DNA of 63,401 nt, filler included, from Octopus bimaculoides (taxonomy: Eukaryota), in assembly GCF_001194135.2 (NCBI RefSeq). It is 6 parts of 6 records of this genome, joined end to end, with 100 filler letters (N's around TTAATTAATTAA, not from the genome) between each part and the next. Parts side by side here need not be neighbours in the genome. Positions count along the whole stretch, not along the records: positions 1 to 12,979 come from NC_068987.1; 5 more parts are not named here. One strand, 5' to 3'. Made by a program: the position numbers and the translations under genes. Shown here in pieces: positions 1 to 11,559 of this stretch (position 1 is its first letter; each line of letters begins with the position of its first letter). The notes beneath the pieces were generated by a model that saw nothing but the letters and a program-made list of their open reading frames with translations, did no database searches and had not been told where the DNA came from.

Positions 1-30
1 TATATATATATATATATATGTATATATATA

Positions 31-183
31 CGATGGACTCTTTCAGTTTCCGTTAATCAAATCCACTCACAAGACTTTGGTCGGTCTGAGAAGGCACTTG
101 CCGAAGGTGCCACGCAGTGGCACTGAACCCAGAACTATGTGGTTGGGAAGGAAGATTCTTTCCATGCAGCCAGCCACTCCTGC
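31..183 (-). mobile_element. tRNA-derived SINE, family A, 5' head fragment
   Basis: Reverse complement matches the head of the family-A copies at 4991, 10455 and 57820 (ccaaccacat.gttc.gggttcagt.ccactgcgtggcacctt.ggcaagtg). Confidence 0.85.
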
Positions 184-714
184 GCCTATATATATATATA
201 GAGAGAGAGAGAGGGAGGGAGGGGTTAGGGAAGGTGAGAGGCTAATAGGTTGGTTGACAGAGACAGAAATAGGCAAATGATAAGAGCGAAGCATGCGCAG
301 AAATACTATGATGAATAGAAGAATAGATAAATGGATAGACAGACAGACAGATAGATGGGTAGATAGATAGATAGATAGAGGTAGATAGATAGGTAGAGAT
401 TGAGAAAAAGACAGAGAGAAAGAACTAGTCAGGCAGAACAAAAAAAAAAGAAAACGAAAAGTCAGATTAAAAAACGCGTAATGAAAAACAGAAAAGAAAA
501 CATTACTTGAATCAATATTGGAAAGAGAGATAACCACGATTGTTTGTGGCCTGACCCGCCGCTTCTCCAACCTTCTTTGATGTAAAACTCCGTTCCAACC
601 TGCCACTGTACTCCATATCAGTCTCGACCATACACTTATACGAAGACTACATTAAACCACATTACAGTCCACTGCAGGCATACTATATGCTGACTGGTAC
701 TCGGTCAATTGCGA

Positions 715-870
715 CGATGCAGGTTCCAGTTGATCTGATCAACGGAACAGTCTGCTCGTGAAATAAACGTGCAAATGTCTGAGTACTCCACAGACACGCG
801 TACCCTTAACGTTGTCCTCAGGGAGATTCAGCGTGACACAGAATGTGACAAGGCTGGTCCTTTTGAAAAC
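715..870 (-). mobile_element. SINE family B, 3' fragment
   Basis: Shares ggttccagttgatc..atcaacggaacag.ctgctcgtgaaat.aacgtgcaa...cccttaacgt with the full copy at 8052-8432. Confidence 0.85.
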
Positions 871-979
871 GGATCATCATTGGTCAGAGATCTGGCCAAT
901 AAAATCTAACCTTTGAATTATAACCAACAGAATCAACGACGCTATAAAATCTCAGAGTATGCATCCACGGTTATATTGG

Positions 980-1925
980 AATATTGGTTCGTTAGAGAAA
1001 TGCATTCGTTGCTTTTGAATGTTCTTTGAATTAAGACGAAAAATATTTTTGCCGAAATGTTTTATGCGTTTTTTTTTAGCTCCCTTTTTTTCTCTCCAAA
1101 TTTTATTTATTGTTTTTGAAATTGAATAAATTTTATCTCTTTTTATCTATGATAATGGAATGCAAAAAAAACAAAAAAAAAAAAAAGTCAAACTAACTAA
1201 CAAACAGACAAACAAAATATGAACATTTTTAACACCTGCTTCTCTTCGCTTTAAATCAAAGTTCCAAAACTGCCAAAAACGCTCGAGACATTTGTGTCGT
1301 GCACGGAGGAGCTGTTTCTGAAAGAATTACACAGAAATGGTTTTCAGGCTTCAAAGATGGTAAATTAGACCTCACAAACTCTCTGCATTCAGCCTTTTAA
1401 TGTTACCCTTGCCTACTCATTAGGGAATGAACCTAGTGGGTTGGCTCTTATGATACTGTCACGTGTCACTTTCGTTCGATGGGTAAGGTCTAAAACCGAG
1501 GCAAGCCAAATGAAGCAACCAAAGCCGCGATCCGGCGTACTTCTGCAACACAACAACGCTTGCCCTTCGCCGCTAATTTGACCAAAAATTCTATTCAAGA
1601 GCTCCTTTGGGAAATTCTGCCAAATTCCACGTATTCCACTGATGGAACGCCCTCAGTTATCAACTTTACGGTCGTTCTTCAACTGTCAGTTTACGATGTG
1701 TTTTGTTCAAAAACGTCGTGGAGCTGAAAACGTGGCTCAATGAATTCTTCGAGTCAAAACACAGTGAATTCTAACGTCAAGGAATTGACAAACTTGTGCA
1801 ACATTAGCAAACAGTCGTGAACAATGAAGAATATATTACTGAATGATTTGTTAAAATCGTTGATGAAAAATAAGGATTAAAATAAATGGGGGGAAAATAC
1901 AAACGAATCTACCTGATAAACCAAT
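980..1925 (+). mobile_element. Decayed, internally deleted mariner DNA transposon
   Basis: About 1240-1395 reads FALNQSSKTAKNARDICVVHG...ERITQKWFSGFKDGKLDL (mariner N-terminal HTH). About 1520-1850 reads LLQHNNACP..NLTKNSIQELLWEILPNSTYS...VELKTWLNEFFESK...GIDKLVQ (mariner catalytic C-terminus). Both ends begin with tattggtt when read inward (degenerate TIR). Confidence 0.8.
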
Positions 1926-2609
1926 ATTATATCACACCCCATCATACAAACGTTAATATCATTGGGTGACCATTAGAACGGAATATTATTTTCTCCAACG
2001 AGGAAACTCGCGTATATCAAGAAGTCTTCTGCACTCAAGATTATAATTTAGTTGTATATAGTACAATTTTACTGTAGCTTTATAACATATCGGCAGCTGT
2101 TTCTACATAACTATTTTCTTCATGTTTAAACATTTAATTCGAGAATAGATTCTCTTTGTTCGGATGTCATCACCCGAGGAAGACAAATATTTTTACCATG
2201 TCAAGCTGAAGAAATTCAGATCAATAATACATTAGGGCTAATTCACATAACCAAATATATTCCCTCGATAAAATTGTTCTTGTGGCTAGTTAAAACAGAT
2301 TCATTATGCTCCTGTAACTTATTTTATTGCACGCTGCTGAAAATTAGAAACTAATTTTTCCCCGCTATTAATTAGCTGTGTTTGAAATGATATGTGACAC
2401 ATCAAACCAAACAGCGTGAATAATCTAGTTTGGTTCAGTAGCATCTGCCTCAATAACAGCAACTTGTAGCTGTAATTAATATCAGGTGGTGCGTTAATTG
2501 CCACGGAGCAGAAATAAATGCCTTCAATGGCGACCTGACTTATTTGGTTCTTCCTGGGCTAAATTGACAAATTATTGAACACAAAATATCGAACACTATG
2601 TAATCTCTA

Positions 2610-3125
2610 ACCAGCACCACCAACACTACCACGACCACCCTCATACCGCTGCTGCAACGCCGCCACTACCACCACCACCACCACAACCGCCGTCCCCATC
2701 ACCACGACCCTCCACCACGAGCCACCGCCACCATCACGAACCACTGCCACCACCGCAATCAGGGAATACTGCCGCCACCACCCTCCTCCACATCCAGCAG
2801 CAGCGCCANNNNNNNNNNNNNNNNNNNNNNNNNNNNNNNNNNNNNNNNNNNNNNNNNNNNNNNNNNNNNNNNNNNNNNNNNNNNNGCCGCCACCGCCGCC
2901 ACCGCCGCCACTACAATGACAACAAGCTTCTGCTGGCGTTTCGTTTCAACGGTTGGTTGTTAGAAATAATATCCAAACGCCTTTAAACCACGCCTTATAT
3001 TCTTATATATAAAAGAAGGACACTTTGGCAAATGCAGTCCAAGATGTAGAAAAAGGCGGGCTGGTAATACGTGAAACGTTTTTGACCGATAATGTACTCG
3101 ACGGCCAGCTCGTCGCTCTATATCA

Positions 3126-3184
<59 letters not shown>

Positions 3185-3816
3185 ATGTTGCTGCTGTTAC
3201 TACTACTACTACTACTACTACTACAAGCGCAAGGCCTGAAATTTCAGTTGGTATTTATTTAATCGACACCGAAAGGATGAAAGGCAAAGTCGATCTCGCC
3301 GGAATTTGAACTCAGAACGTAGCGACGGGAGAAACGCCGCTAAGCATTTCGTCCGCAAAAACTATTAATTTAGATAGGAATGATATAGCTCATCATAATC
3401 ATCATCATCCTCATCATCCTCATCATCCTCATCATCCTCCTCCTCATCATCATCATCACCACAACTACTACCGTTACCCTATTACTGCTGCCACCGGCAC
3501 CAGCACCACCACCACCATCACCATCAGTCTCATCCGCATCACTACCCAACCTCGTCCATTCTCGCCAGCATCAATCAAAGCACAAAATACTAATATCGTC
3601 TTTTGTCTCCCTCGTCCCCGCATCCACGCCTCACCCTACCCGTCCACCGCTCGCATCTTTCCCGTCACCACCACCGTTATCACAATATCATTATCAACAT
3701 CGCCACCGCCACCACCTCTTCCACCACAACAACAATCATCTTCGTCGTCATCATCATTATCCACCTCCTCCTCCTCCTCCTCATCATCATTATCATCATC
3801 ATCATAATCGTCCACT
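2610..3816. repeat. Low-complexity trinucleotide region: (ACC/GCC)n, (CTA)n, (ATC)n
   Basis: Directly visible runs. The poly-T/H/D ORFs here are repeat translations. Confidence 0.95.
3226..3358 (-). mobile_element. tRNA-derived SINE, family C
   Basis: Reverse strand reads aaatgcttagcggcgtttc...tacgttctgagttcaaattccggcgagatcgactttgcctttcatcctttcggtgtcgattaaataaatacc. It contains a B-box-like gttcaaattcc. Confidence 0.85.
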
Positions 3817-4577
3817 ANNNNNNNNNNNNNNNNNNNNNNNNNNNNNNNNNNNNNNNNNNNNNNNNNNNNNNNNNNNNNNNNNNNNNNNNNNNNNNNNNNN
3901 NNNNNNNNNNNNNNNNNNNNNNNNNNNNNNNNNNNNNNNNNNNNNNNNNNNNNNNNNNNNNNNNNNNNNNNNNNNNNNNNNNNNNNNNNNNNNNNNNNNN
4001 NNNNNNNNNNNNNNNNNNNNNNNNNNNNNNNNNNNNNNNNNNNNNNNNNNNNNNNNNNNNNNNNNNNNNNNNNNNNNNNNNNNNNNNNNNNNNNNNNNNN
4101 NNNNNNNNNNNNNNNNNNNNNNNNNNNNNNNNNNNNNNNNNNNNNNNNNNNNNNNNNNNNNNNNNNNNNNNNNNNNNNNNNNNNNNNNNNNNNNNNNNNN
4201 NNNNNNNNNNNNNNNNNNNNNNNNNNNNNNNNNNNNNNNNNNNNNNNNNNNNNNNNNNNNNNNNNNNNNNNNNNNNNNNNNNNNNNNNNNNNNNNNNNNN
4301 NNNNNNNNNNNNNNNNNNNNNNNNNNNNNNNNNNNNNNNNNNNNNNNNNNACCACCACCGCCACCAGCCTCATCCCCGGCCATATTAGTATCAAGCATTC
4401 ACCGATGCTATCATTACTCGCAGACAACTATTTACCATTAGTTCCTGCAGTGTTTTTGTGCAGATAACCTCTTTGTAAACTCATCCATCACAACGCACTC
4501 AGAAACGTTGCTGTTGTGTGTTTGTTTGGCACCACTGCGCATGCGTGTGAGCCCACATGTGTAAATGCTTGCTTAGC

Positions 4578-4609
<32 letters not shown>

Positions 4610-4689
4610 CGCGCGCGTGGTGCGTGTTCATGTGTACATGGTTGTCTGAATGCGTGTATGTATCTGTGCGATTGGGGGGAGGGAGTATG

Positions 4690-4990
4690 TAGTCGTTCTC
4701 TCTCCCTCTTTCTCTCTCCCTCTTTCTCTCTCCCTCTTTCTCTCTCCCTCTTTCTCTCTCTTCCTATGTATCTCTCTCTCCCTCCTATCCTCTGTGAACC
4801 TCCTTCTCTCTTTCCCTCTCTCTCCCTCTCTCTCCTTCCTTCTCTCTCTTTCTGCATCTCTCTCTACCTCCTTCTCTCTCTGTCCTTTCTTCTTTCTCTC
4901 TCCCTGTCCCTTACTCTCCCTCTCTATTTCTCTCTCCCTCTCTATTTCTTTCTTTCTTTCTTTCTTTCTTTCTTACTGCATCTCTTTCTT
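4690..4990. repeat. (CT)n / (CTTT)n compound microsatellite
   Basis: Directly visible. Confidence 0.95.
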
Positions 4991-5330
4991 TCTTACCGAC
5001 CACATGGTTCCTGGTTCCGTCCCCCTGCGTGGTACCTTGGGCAAGTGTCTTCTCCCATAGCCCCAGGCCGACCAAAACCTTGTGAGTGGATTTAGTAAAC
5101 GGAAACATATATGTATAAGTTTGTGTGTCTGTGTTTGTCTCCACACCATTAATTCACAACCGATGCCAGTGAGCTTACGTCCCCATAACTTAGCGGTTCG
5201 GCAAAAGTGAGCGATAAAATAAGTACTAAGCTTACAAAGTAAAAGTCCTGGGGGCGATTTGCTCGACTAAAGGCGATGTTCCAGCATGGCCGCAGTCAAA
5301 TGACTGAAACAAGTAAAAGAATAAAAGAAT
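4991..5330 (+). mobile_element. SINE family A, near full length
   Basis: Head ccacatggttcctggttccgtccccctgcgtggtaccttgggcaagtg through tail ccagcatggccgcagtcaaatgactgaaacaagtaaaagaataaaagaat. Homologous to 19300-19660. Confidence 0.9.
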
Positions 5331-5599
5331 ATATATATGTGCATATCTCTATATATANNNNNNNNNNNNNNNNNNNNNNNNNNNNNNNNNNNNNNNNNNN
5401 NNNNNNNNNNNNNNNNNNNNNNNNNNNNNNNNNNNNNNNNNNNNNNNNNNNNNNNNNNNNNNNNNNNNNNNNNNNNNNNNNNNNNNNNNNNNNNNNNNNN
5501 NNNNNNNNNNNNNNTATATATATATAACGCGTCCCCTAAAAAAAATGGTCGCCTTGAATCCTCCAACAAGCCAGCATCCCGTTCAGGGTGAATATCATA

Positions 5600-5735
5600 A
5601 TCTCGTACTTATACATTTTGGCCTCTGTGGCAGAAGAGGTTCTTCAAAGGGCCAGCACTCAACTGGCATAGCTTCCAGGGTCATTGCGACACACAAGTTT
5701 CCACACCGCCATAAATTCTGGACCTTGAAACGAAG
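5600..5735 (-). mobile_element. RTE-type LINE 5'-UTR-like fragment
   Basis: Minus strand cttgtgtgtcgcaatgaccctggaagctatgcc resembles cttgcatgcttcagtaaccttgggagctagg at about 15440-15475, which lies upstream of an RTE endonuclease start. Confidence 0.45.
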
Positions 5736-6340
5736 CAGTTTGATTAAGTAATTTCACTGGCATATTATTTCTAGATTCTATTCCTGAGTAACAAAAAGAT
5801 TTCCAATAACTTCTTCCTCTTATATCCCGTGTATAACAGTTTCACGTTTTCGATATCTCTAGAAGAGATCTGCAATGATATAATTAAATATATCCAATAT
5901 CTCCTGGATATAACTAGATATATCTAAATATATAACAATATCGCGCCAGAACGATAGTGCCAATTTGTTAACGTTCTGCGGTCACAGCTATTTATCAACG
6001 GGTGGTCAGTTCTGCTCTTGATAAATGATGAGAAATAATGGTGGCGAATAAATAGGGTATTAACCGAATAAGTGAAGTAGCTTGGATGGGTTCAATTATA
6101 AAGTAAAAATGCAGTTTGCCGGGAGGTAATTACTTAGGTAAAGGTGATCGACTCATACTTCATTCACACGAGTGCACACACACATCAGAGACAAAACTAA
6201 ACTGCAACGAAAAAGAGATGATACACACAAAGTTATGCTAACACACAAAGACTCACGTTTTTATAATTACTTTCGGCGCTTTTACCTCCGTGAGTGTGAG
6301 GTTACCTCGCATCACTATTCCTGCGTACGCGTGTAATAAG

Positions 6341-6576
6341 TACAGGGAGTTCAAAAAGTCTCTCCGCAGTGATTTATTTTCATCCTGCGCATCGCCATGG
6401 CGCTACTTCAAGAGTTGTTCGGCGAACGGATTATTTCGAAGGGACTTTGGGGCCACCAAGATCACCTGATTTAACACCACCAGACTTTTTTTTTCCGAGA
6501 AGCAAGTAAAGGATCAGTGTACAAGAATCGCCCGAAAACCATTAAATACTTACTGGGGAGAGACTTTTTGAACACC

Positions 6577-6581
<5 letters not shown>
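6341..6581 (+). mobile_element. Tc1/mariner-superfamily MITE (internally deleted element) with 23-bp TIRs and TA target duplication
   Basis: TA-cagggagttcaaaaagtctctcc (6343-6365) ... ggagagactttttgaacaccctg-TA (6557-6579), one TIR mismatch. The interior reads MALLQELFGERIISKGLW-PPRSPDLTPPDFF, a transposase WPPRSPDL motif with a frameshift. Confidence 0.92.
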
Positions 6582-6609
<28 letters not shown>

Positions 6610-6611
<2 letters not shown>

Positions 6612-6790
6612 TCGCTAGACACTAAACCTTTTTTTATTTTCTCTCCCTGCTTATTTCTGTGTTCTTTTCTGTTGAAGAGCGTAGGCTCGAAACGTAACAG
6701 ACTTTCTCACTTCTCGAACGTCAAACTAATACACCCTGCTTGTTGTTCATACACCTGTCTTCGTCTGTTGTTTTGTCTTTTTTGTAAATT
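6610..6790 (+). mobile_element. Short dispersed repeat, probably Penelope-like terminal-repeat derived
   Basis: Homologous to both arms at 21225-21503. Carries the gaaGAGC-gtag-GCTCgaaacgt hairpin motif. Confidence 0.55.
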
Positions 6791-6821
6791 CCAACTATAC
6801 ACACATACACACACACACACA

Positions 6822-6868
<47 letters not shown>

Positions 6869-6904
6869 GTATATATACATACACATACACATGTATATGT
6901 ATGC

Positions 6905-7175
6905 ACGTAGGCGAGTTGCTTATTGGTTAGGGTGCTTGACTGTGAGTTCGATTCCCGGCGGCGCGTTGAGAATCTTGAGGAAAACATTTCATTTCAAAAT
7001 TGAGTTGTACCTTTAATTCAAAAGGGCCAACCTTGTTACATTGGTGTCACGTGGAATCTCTCTGGGAACTACTTTAAGGGCCTGCGTGTCACAGCCACCT
7101 GCACGTTAATTTCACGAACTGGTGGTTCTATTGATTGATCCAAGTGAACACTCGTCGTCGTAACCGACGGAGAAC
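6905..7175 (+). mobile_element. SINE family B, degenerate
   Basis: B-box-like gagttcgattcccgg near 6945. The 3' part aaagggcc.accttgttaca...gcacgttaatttcacga...cgtcgtcgtaaccgacggag matches family B. Confidence 0.75.
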
Positions 7176-7214
7176 CAGACCATGCCTGTCTGTCTGTCTG
7201 TCTGTCTGTATGAT

Positions 7215-7720
7215 TGTTCTCTCCTACTTGCACCGAGTTCTTAGCAAGGAGCTGTTTTATGCAGACCCACACTTTCATCGTTTCTTAAGCTTTGTAAAAC
7301 GTTGATGACGTAATAATCCTATAAGAACAGGCAGAGACAAACATCCACTGTATATGTTATATATAATATTCCAGAAGGCACTGAGGCGGAGATTGTTTTG
7401 AATACAGGTGATTCTGTAAGTATTTAGAACGAGAAGCGTAATTGTAGTTGATAAACATTCGGCCAAGTCAGATCTATTCTTGATGTATTTTCTACGTAGT
7501 ATTGTCAAATCTCGGCGATAATGGATGAGACTTGCCAATCAATATTCCGTTATAAGATCTGGGCCTGAGGGTTTTCTCTTTCTCATTTTCTTTATCACTA
7601 CTTCCAGTCCTATGCCATTAATTTCATATTATTTTTCTTCATTAAGCCTTGTTGTTGGCCAGCTTTAAGATTTTTCGTCAATGCGGCTTTTTGTTTTTGT
7701 TTTGTGTTGAACTTATCAGT
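7215..7720 (-). pseudogene. Decayed RT fragment of an R4/Dong-type non-LTR retrotransposon (older subfamily)
   Basis: Minus-strand frames give EVVIKKMRKRKPSGPDLITEY...LAECLSTTITLLV...FWNIIYNIYSGCL... and KVWVCIKQLLAKNSVQ. These are colinear with KAPGHDKIPNFW...LPTIYKAF...GSYGCKDQLLINKAI at 51.1-51.5 kb. Confidence 0.6.
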
Positions 7721-8051
7721 TTTTCGTTATAGAGCCTCCAATTAGCTTTCAGCCTGTTGCTGTAATAGCGTTTGTTTTATGGGTTGTTTATCTTGAAGCA
7801 ACGATGAATTGATTTAGGATCTCTGGTAAACAGGCTATTTGGTATCTGACGCTTATATGACGCAAATTTATATTTTAGTTCTCTTCCACCACCACATCAG
7901 CAATTACTGAAAGTTTCTTTTATTATCCCCACGGGGCGGCCTTGAACAAGTGACTTCTCATACAGCCTCAAGTCAACCAATAATGCCTTGAGAATCTATT
8001 TCGTAGACGCAAACTGTGCGGATGCTCATCTTTCATATATATATATATATA

Positions 8052-8432
8052 TTGTTGGCGCTCCGTCGCTTACGACGTCGAGGGTTCCAGTTGATCTAAT
8101 CAACGGAACAGCCTGCTCGTGAAATTAACGTGCAAGTGGCTGAGCACTCCACAGACACGTGTACCCTTAACGTAGTTCTCGGGGATATTCAGCGTGACAC
8201 AGTGTGACAAGGCTGGCCCTTTGAAATACAGGTACAACAGAAACAGGAAGAAAGAATGAGAGAAAGTTGTGGTGAAAGAGTACAGCAGGGTTCGCCCCCC
8301 CCCCTGCCGGAGCCTCGTGGAGCTTTAGGTGTTTTCGCTCAATAAACACTCACAACGCCCGGTCTGGGAATCGAAACCGCGATCCTATAACCACGAGTCC
8401 ACTGCCCTAACCACTGGGCCATTGCGCCTCCA
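8052..8432 (-). mobile_element. tRNA-derived SINE, family B, full length
   Basis: Minus strand begins tggaggcgcaaTGGCCCAGTGGttagggcagtggactcgtggttataggatcgcGGTTTCGATTCCcag (Pol III A and B boxes) and ends ccaacaata. Flanked by TA runs. Confidence 0.95.
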
Positions 8433-8479
8433 TATATATATAGGTATATAGTAATAAAGGTGTAAAAAGGAAAAAGGTT

Positions 8480-9060
8480 GAATGTAGATTCGTCCTTTAA
8501 TTTGGAAGTTTCCAAGAACGATTTCTAATGTTGATTCTGCATATTTTGCTGGTAGTTTACAGGCGTAAATTTGCGAAGATATGAAAGTAATGCTTGTATA
8601 TGATGTGTGGTGAATTTATGGAAAGAAGTCCCCTAAAACTCATCAATTTAGTTAGAAACGGAGAAGACAAGTTGTTAAAAATTCTCTTATATATTTTAAC
8701 AAATATTACTCATATATATATATACTTTACGTTTTACTTTTGCTGTCTGTTATATGGTAGTTGTGTCTTACCGCTCAAGGATTTGAGTTAAACTGTTATT
8801 ATTAGACTTACATCTTGTACTAACATTCTAGAACTTGTATTATTATATTGTCTGCTAGACCTACTGTTATTTAATTTTTCTATTTCAATTGTATTTCTTA
8901 AATACGTATTTACTCCTGTGTAGACAGGATAATCCTCTTTCGCTTTCACTGTTTATAAGTTTATGCTTAGAAGTTATTATCTGGAAAATTTCCTCAACAA
9001 ATAAGTCCAAATCTTACACCATTGGGGACACGATCGTAGGCTTATATAATTGACAAAATG
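8480..9060 (-). mobile_element. Highly decayed Penelope-like C-terminal remnant
   Basis: Minus-strand fragments GNFPDNN..LINSESERGLSCLHRSKYVFKKYN and TTSKICRINI loosely parallel the Penelope linker/GIY-YIG region seen at about 61 kb. Weak, by eye only. Confidence 0.35.
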
Positions 9061-9192
9061 TAAATAAAATGATTATGGGCTGTTCAAGCTCTCCATCTTC
9101 TTAGTTATATTACTATAACATATATATATATATGAGTGGCTGTGTGAGTGGATTTGTTAGACGGAAAAGGAAAATGAAAGAAGCGCGTCGTG

Positions 9193-9226
<34 letters not shown>

Positions 9227-9938
9227 TATNNNNNNNNNNNNNNNNNNNNNNNNNNNNNNNNNNNNNNNNNNNNNNNNNNNNNNNNNNNNNNNNNNNNNNN
9301 NNNNNNNNNNNNNNNNNNNNNNNNNNNNNNNNNNNNNNNNNNNNNNNNNNNNNNNNNNNNNNNNNNNNNNNNNNNNNNNNNNNNNNNNNNNNNNNNNNNN
9401 NNNNNNNNNNNNNNNNNNNNNNNNNNNNNNNNNNNNNNNNNNNNNNNNNNNNNNNNNNNNNNNNNNNNNNNNNNNNNNNNNNNNNNNNNNNNNNNNNNNN
9501 NNNNNNNNNNNNNNNNNNNNNNNNNNNNNNNNNNNNNNNNNNNNNNNNNNNNNNNNNNNNNNNNNNNNNNNNNNNNNNNNNNNNNNNNNNNNNNNNNNNN
9601 NNNNNNNNNNNNNNNNNNNNNNNNNNNNNNNNNNNNNNNNNNNNNNNNNNNNNNNNNNNNNNNNNNNNNNNNNNNNNNNNNNNNNNNNNNNNNNNNNNNN
9701 NNNNNNNNNNNNNNNNNNNNNNNNNNNNNNNNNNNNNNNNNNNNNNNNNNNNNNNNNNNNNNNNNNNNNNNNNNNNNNNNNNNNNNNNNNNNNNNNNNNN
9801 NNNNNNNNNNNNNNNNNNNNNNNNNNNNNNNNNNNNNNNNNNNNNNNNNNNNNNNNNNNNNNNNNNNNNNNNNNNNNNNNNNNNNNNNNNNNNNNNNNNN
9901 NNNNNNNNNNNNNNNNNNNNNNNNNNNNNNNNNNNNNN

Positions 9939-9990
<52 letters not shown>

Positions 9991-10403
9991 TAGCATATAT
10001 ATTATATATATATGCGCCGCATTCTATGTGCAAATATCTAATTATATTTATTCGCGCACGTGCGAGAGCGCAGGTGCATATATAAACGTACGGCGAATGA
10101 GTGTCTGCGCGAGAATGTGTGCGTATGTATATGTTCGGCTCCTCCTGTTACTGTTAGCGTTTACATATCTGTTACAAATCTAAAATGTCGAACGATGATC
10201 CATCCAATACAATATATGATGTCTAATCTCTAAGCTGACCCGTTTCAGATATTGGATTTTCGTCACTAACACCTGTCCTCTTCCATAGCGCTAATAACAA
10301 TCTACAGAAATACAGGCTTACCCTTGCATTTGTATATATTTACGGACACATATTCATTCCCATGGGTATATGTTTATGTATGTGCGTATTTATAAATATA
10401 TAA

Positions 10404-10444
<41 letters not shown>

Positions 10445-10454
10445 NNNNNNNNNN

Positions 10455-10668
10455 AGTAGCTTGCTTACCAACCACATGGTTCCAGGTTCGGTCCCACTGC
10501 GTGGGTCCTCGTGATACCTCGGCCGACCAGACCCTTGTTAGTGTATTTGGTAGACAGAAACTGAAAGAAGCCCATATATATGTATATGTTATGTTTGTAT
10601 ATCTACGTTTGTCACCCCCAACCGATGCTGGTGTGTTTACGTTCCCGTAACTTAGCAGTTCGGCAAAA
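10455..10668 (+). mobile_element. SINE family A
   Basis: agtagcttgcttaccaaccacatggttccaggttcggtcccactgcgtgg...gtagacagaaactgaaagaagccc...cgtaacttagcagttcggcaaaag. Confidence 0.9.
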
Positions 10669-10669
10669 G

Positions 10670-10920
10670 TCACCTCACCGGGTTGTTTTTATGGAAGTTG
10701 CCCATGTATATCAACCTCCCTTCTCCACGCCATCGATGTTATCCAAGGGAAAGGCAAAGACTGGCACCAGTGATACCGCATTTCATTTCAACAGATGAGC
10801 GAACTGGAGCAACGTGAAATAAAGTGTCTTGCTCAAGAACACAACACGCATCCGGGAATCGAACTTACAACCTCATGATCGTAAGCTCGACGCTCTAACC
10901 ACTGAGCCATGCACCTTCAC
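10670..10920 (-). mobile_element. tRNA-derived SINE, family D
   Basis: Minus strand: gaaggtgcaTGGCTCAGTGGttagagcgtcgagcttacgatcatgaggttgtaaGTTCGATTCCcggatgcgtgttgtgttcttgagcaagacactttatttcacgttgctccag (A and B boxes). Confidence 0.88.
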
Positions 10921-11094
10921 GTACATGCATACACTCACATATACTCATAAAAAAAGATCGAAGGTCCTTTCCTGAACCATAGGCGCACAACAAGTTAGTT
11001 CCCCGAATTGTGTGGCGTATATATTCCCATCCTAGGAGAGAAGGTGGTCTGTCGCAGGATGACTCATTTTTGCCGGCTGAGTGGGGTGGACCAA

Positions 11095-11180
11095 TATGAT
11101 ATGAAACGTTTTGCTCAAGGATCGAAACCACAATCCTACGATCATGGATGCAACACCCTAACCACTAAGCCACGCACATC
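11095..11180 (-). mobile_element. SINE family D-like head fragment
   Basis: Minus strand gtgcgtggcttagtggttagggtgttgcatccatgatcgtaggattgtggtttcgatcc, tRNA-like A and B boxes. Confidence 0.7.
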
Positions 11181-11514
11181 CACTACATACACACACGCAC
11201 GTATATATATATATATATNNNNNNNNNNNNNNNNNNNNNNNNNNNNNNNNNNNNNNNNNNNNNNNNNNNNNNNNNNNNNNNNNNNNNNNNNNNNNNNNNN
11301 NNNNNNNNNNNNNNNNNNNNNNNNNNNNNNNNNNNNNNNNNNNNNNNNNNNNNNNNNNNNNNNNNNNNNNNNNNNNNNNNNNNNNNNNNNNNNNNNNNNN
11401 NNNNNNNNNNNNNNNNNNNNNNNNNNNNNNNNNNNNNNNNNNNNNNNNNNNNNNNNNNNNNNNNNNNNNNNNNNNNNNNNNNNNNNNNNNNNNNNNNNNN
11501 NNNNNNNNNNNNNN

Positions 11515-11547
<33 letters not shown>

Positions 11548-11559
11548 TTGAAATCGGTA

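Noticed and set aside
3603-4427. Long ORFs of 200-330 aa here and at 9.1, 19.5, 22.8, 33.0, 59.3 and 62.3 kb
   Set aside because: They are translations through N-runs and microsatellites, with no coding information.
8340-8432. tRNA-like sequences (also 10840-10920 and other SINE heads)
   Set aside because: They have A and B boxes but no complete cloverleaf or acceptor stem, and they continue into SINE bodies.
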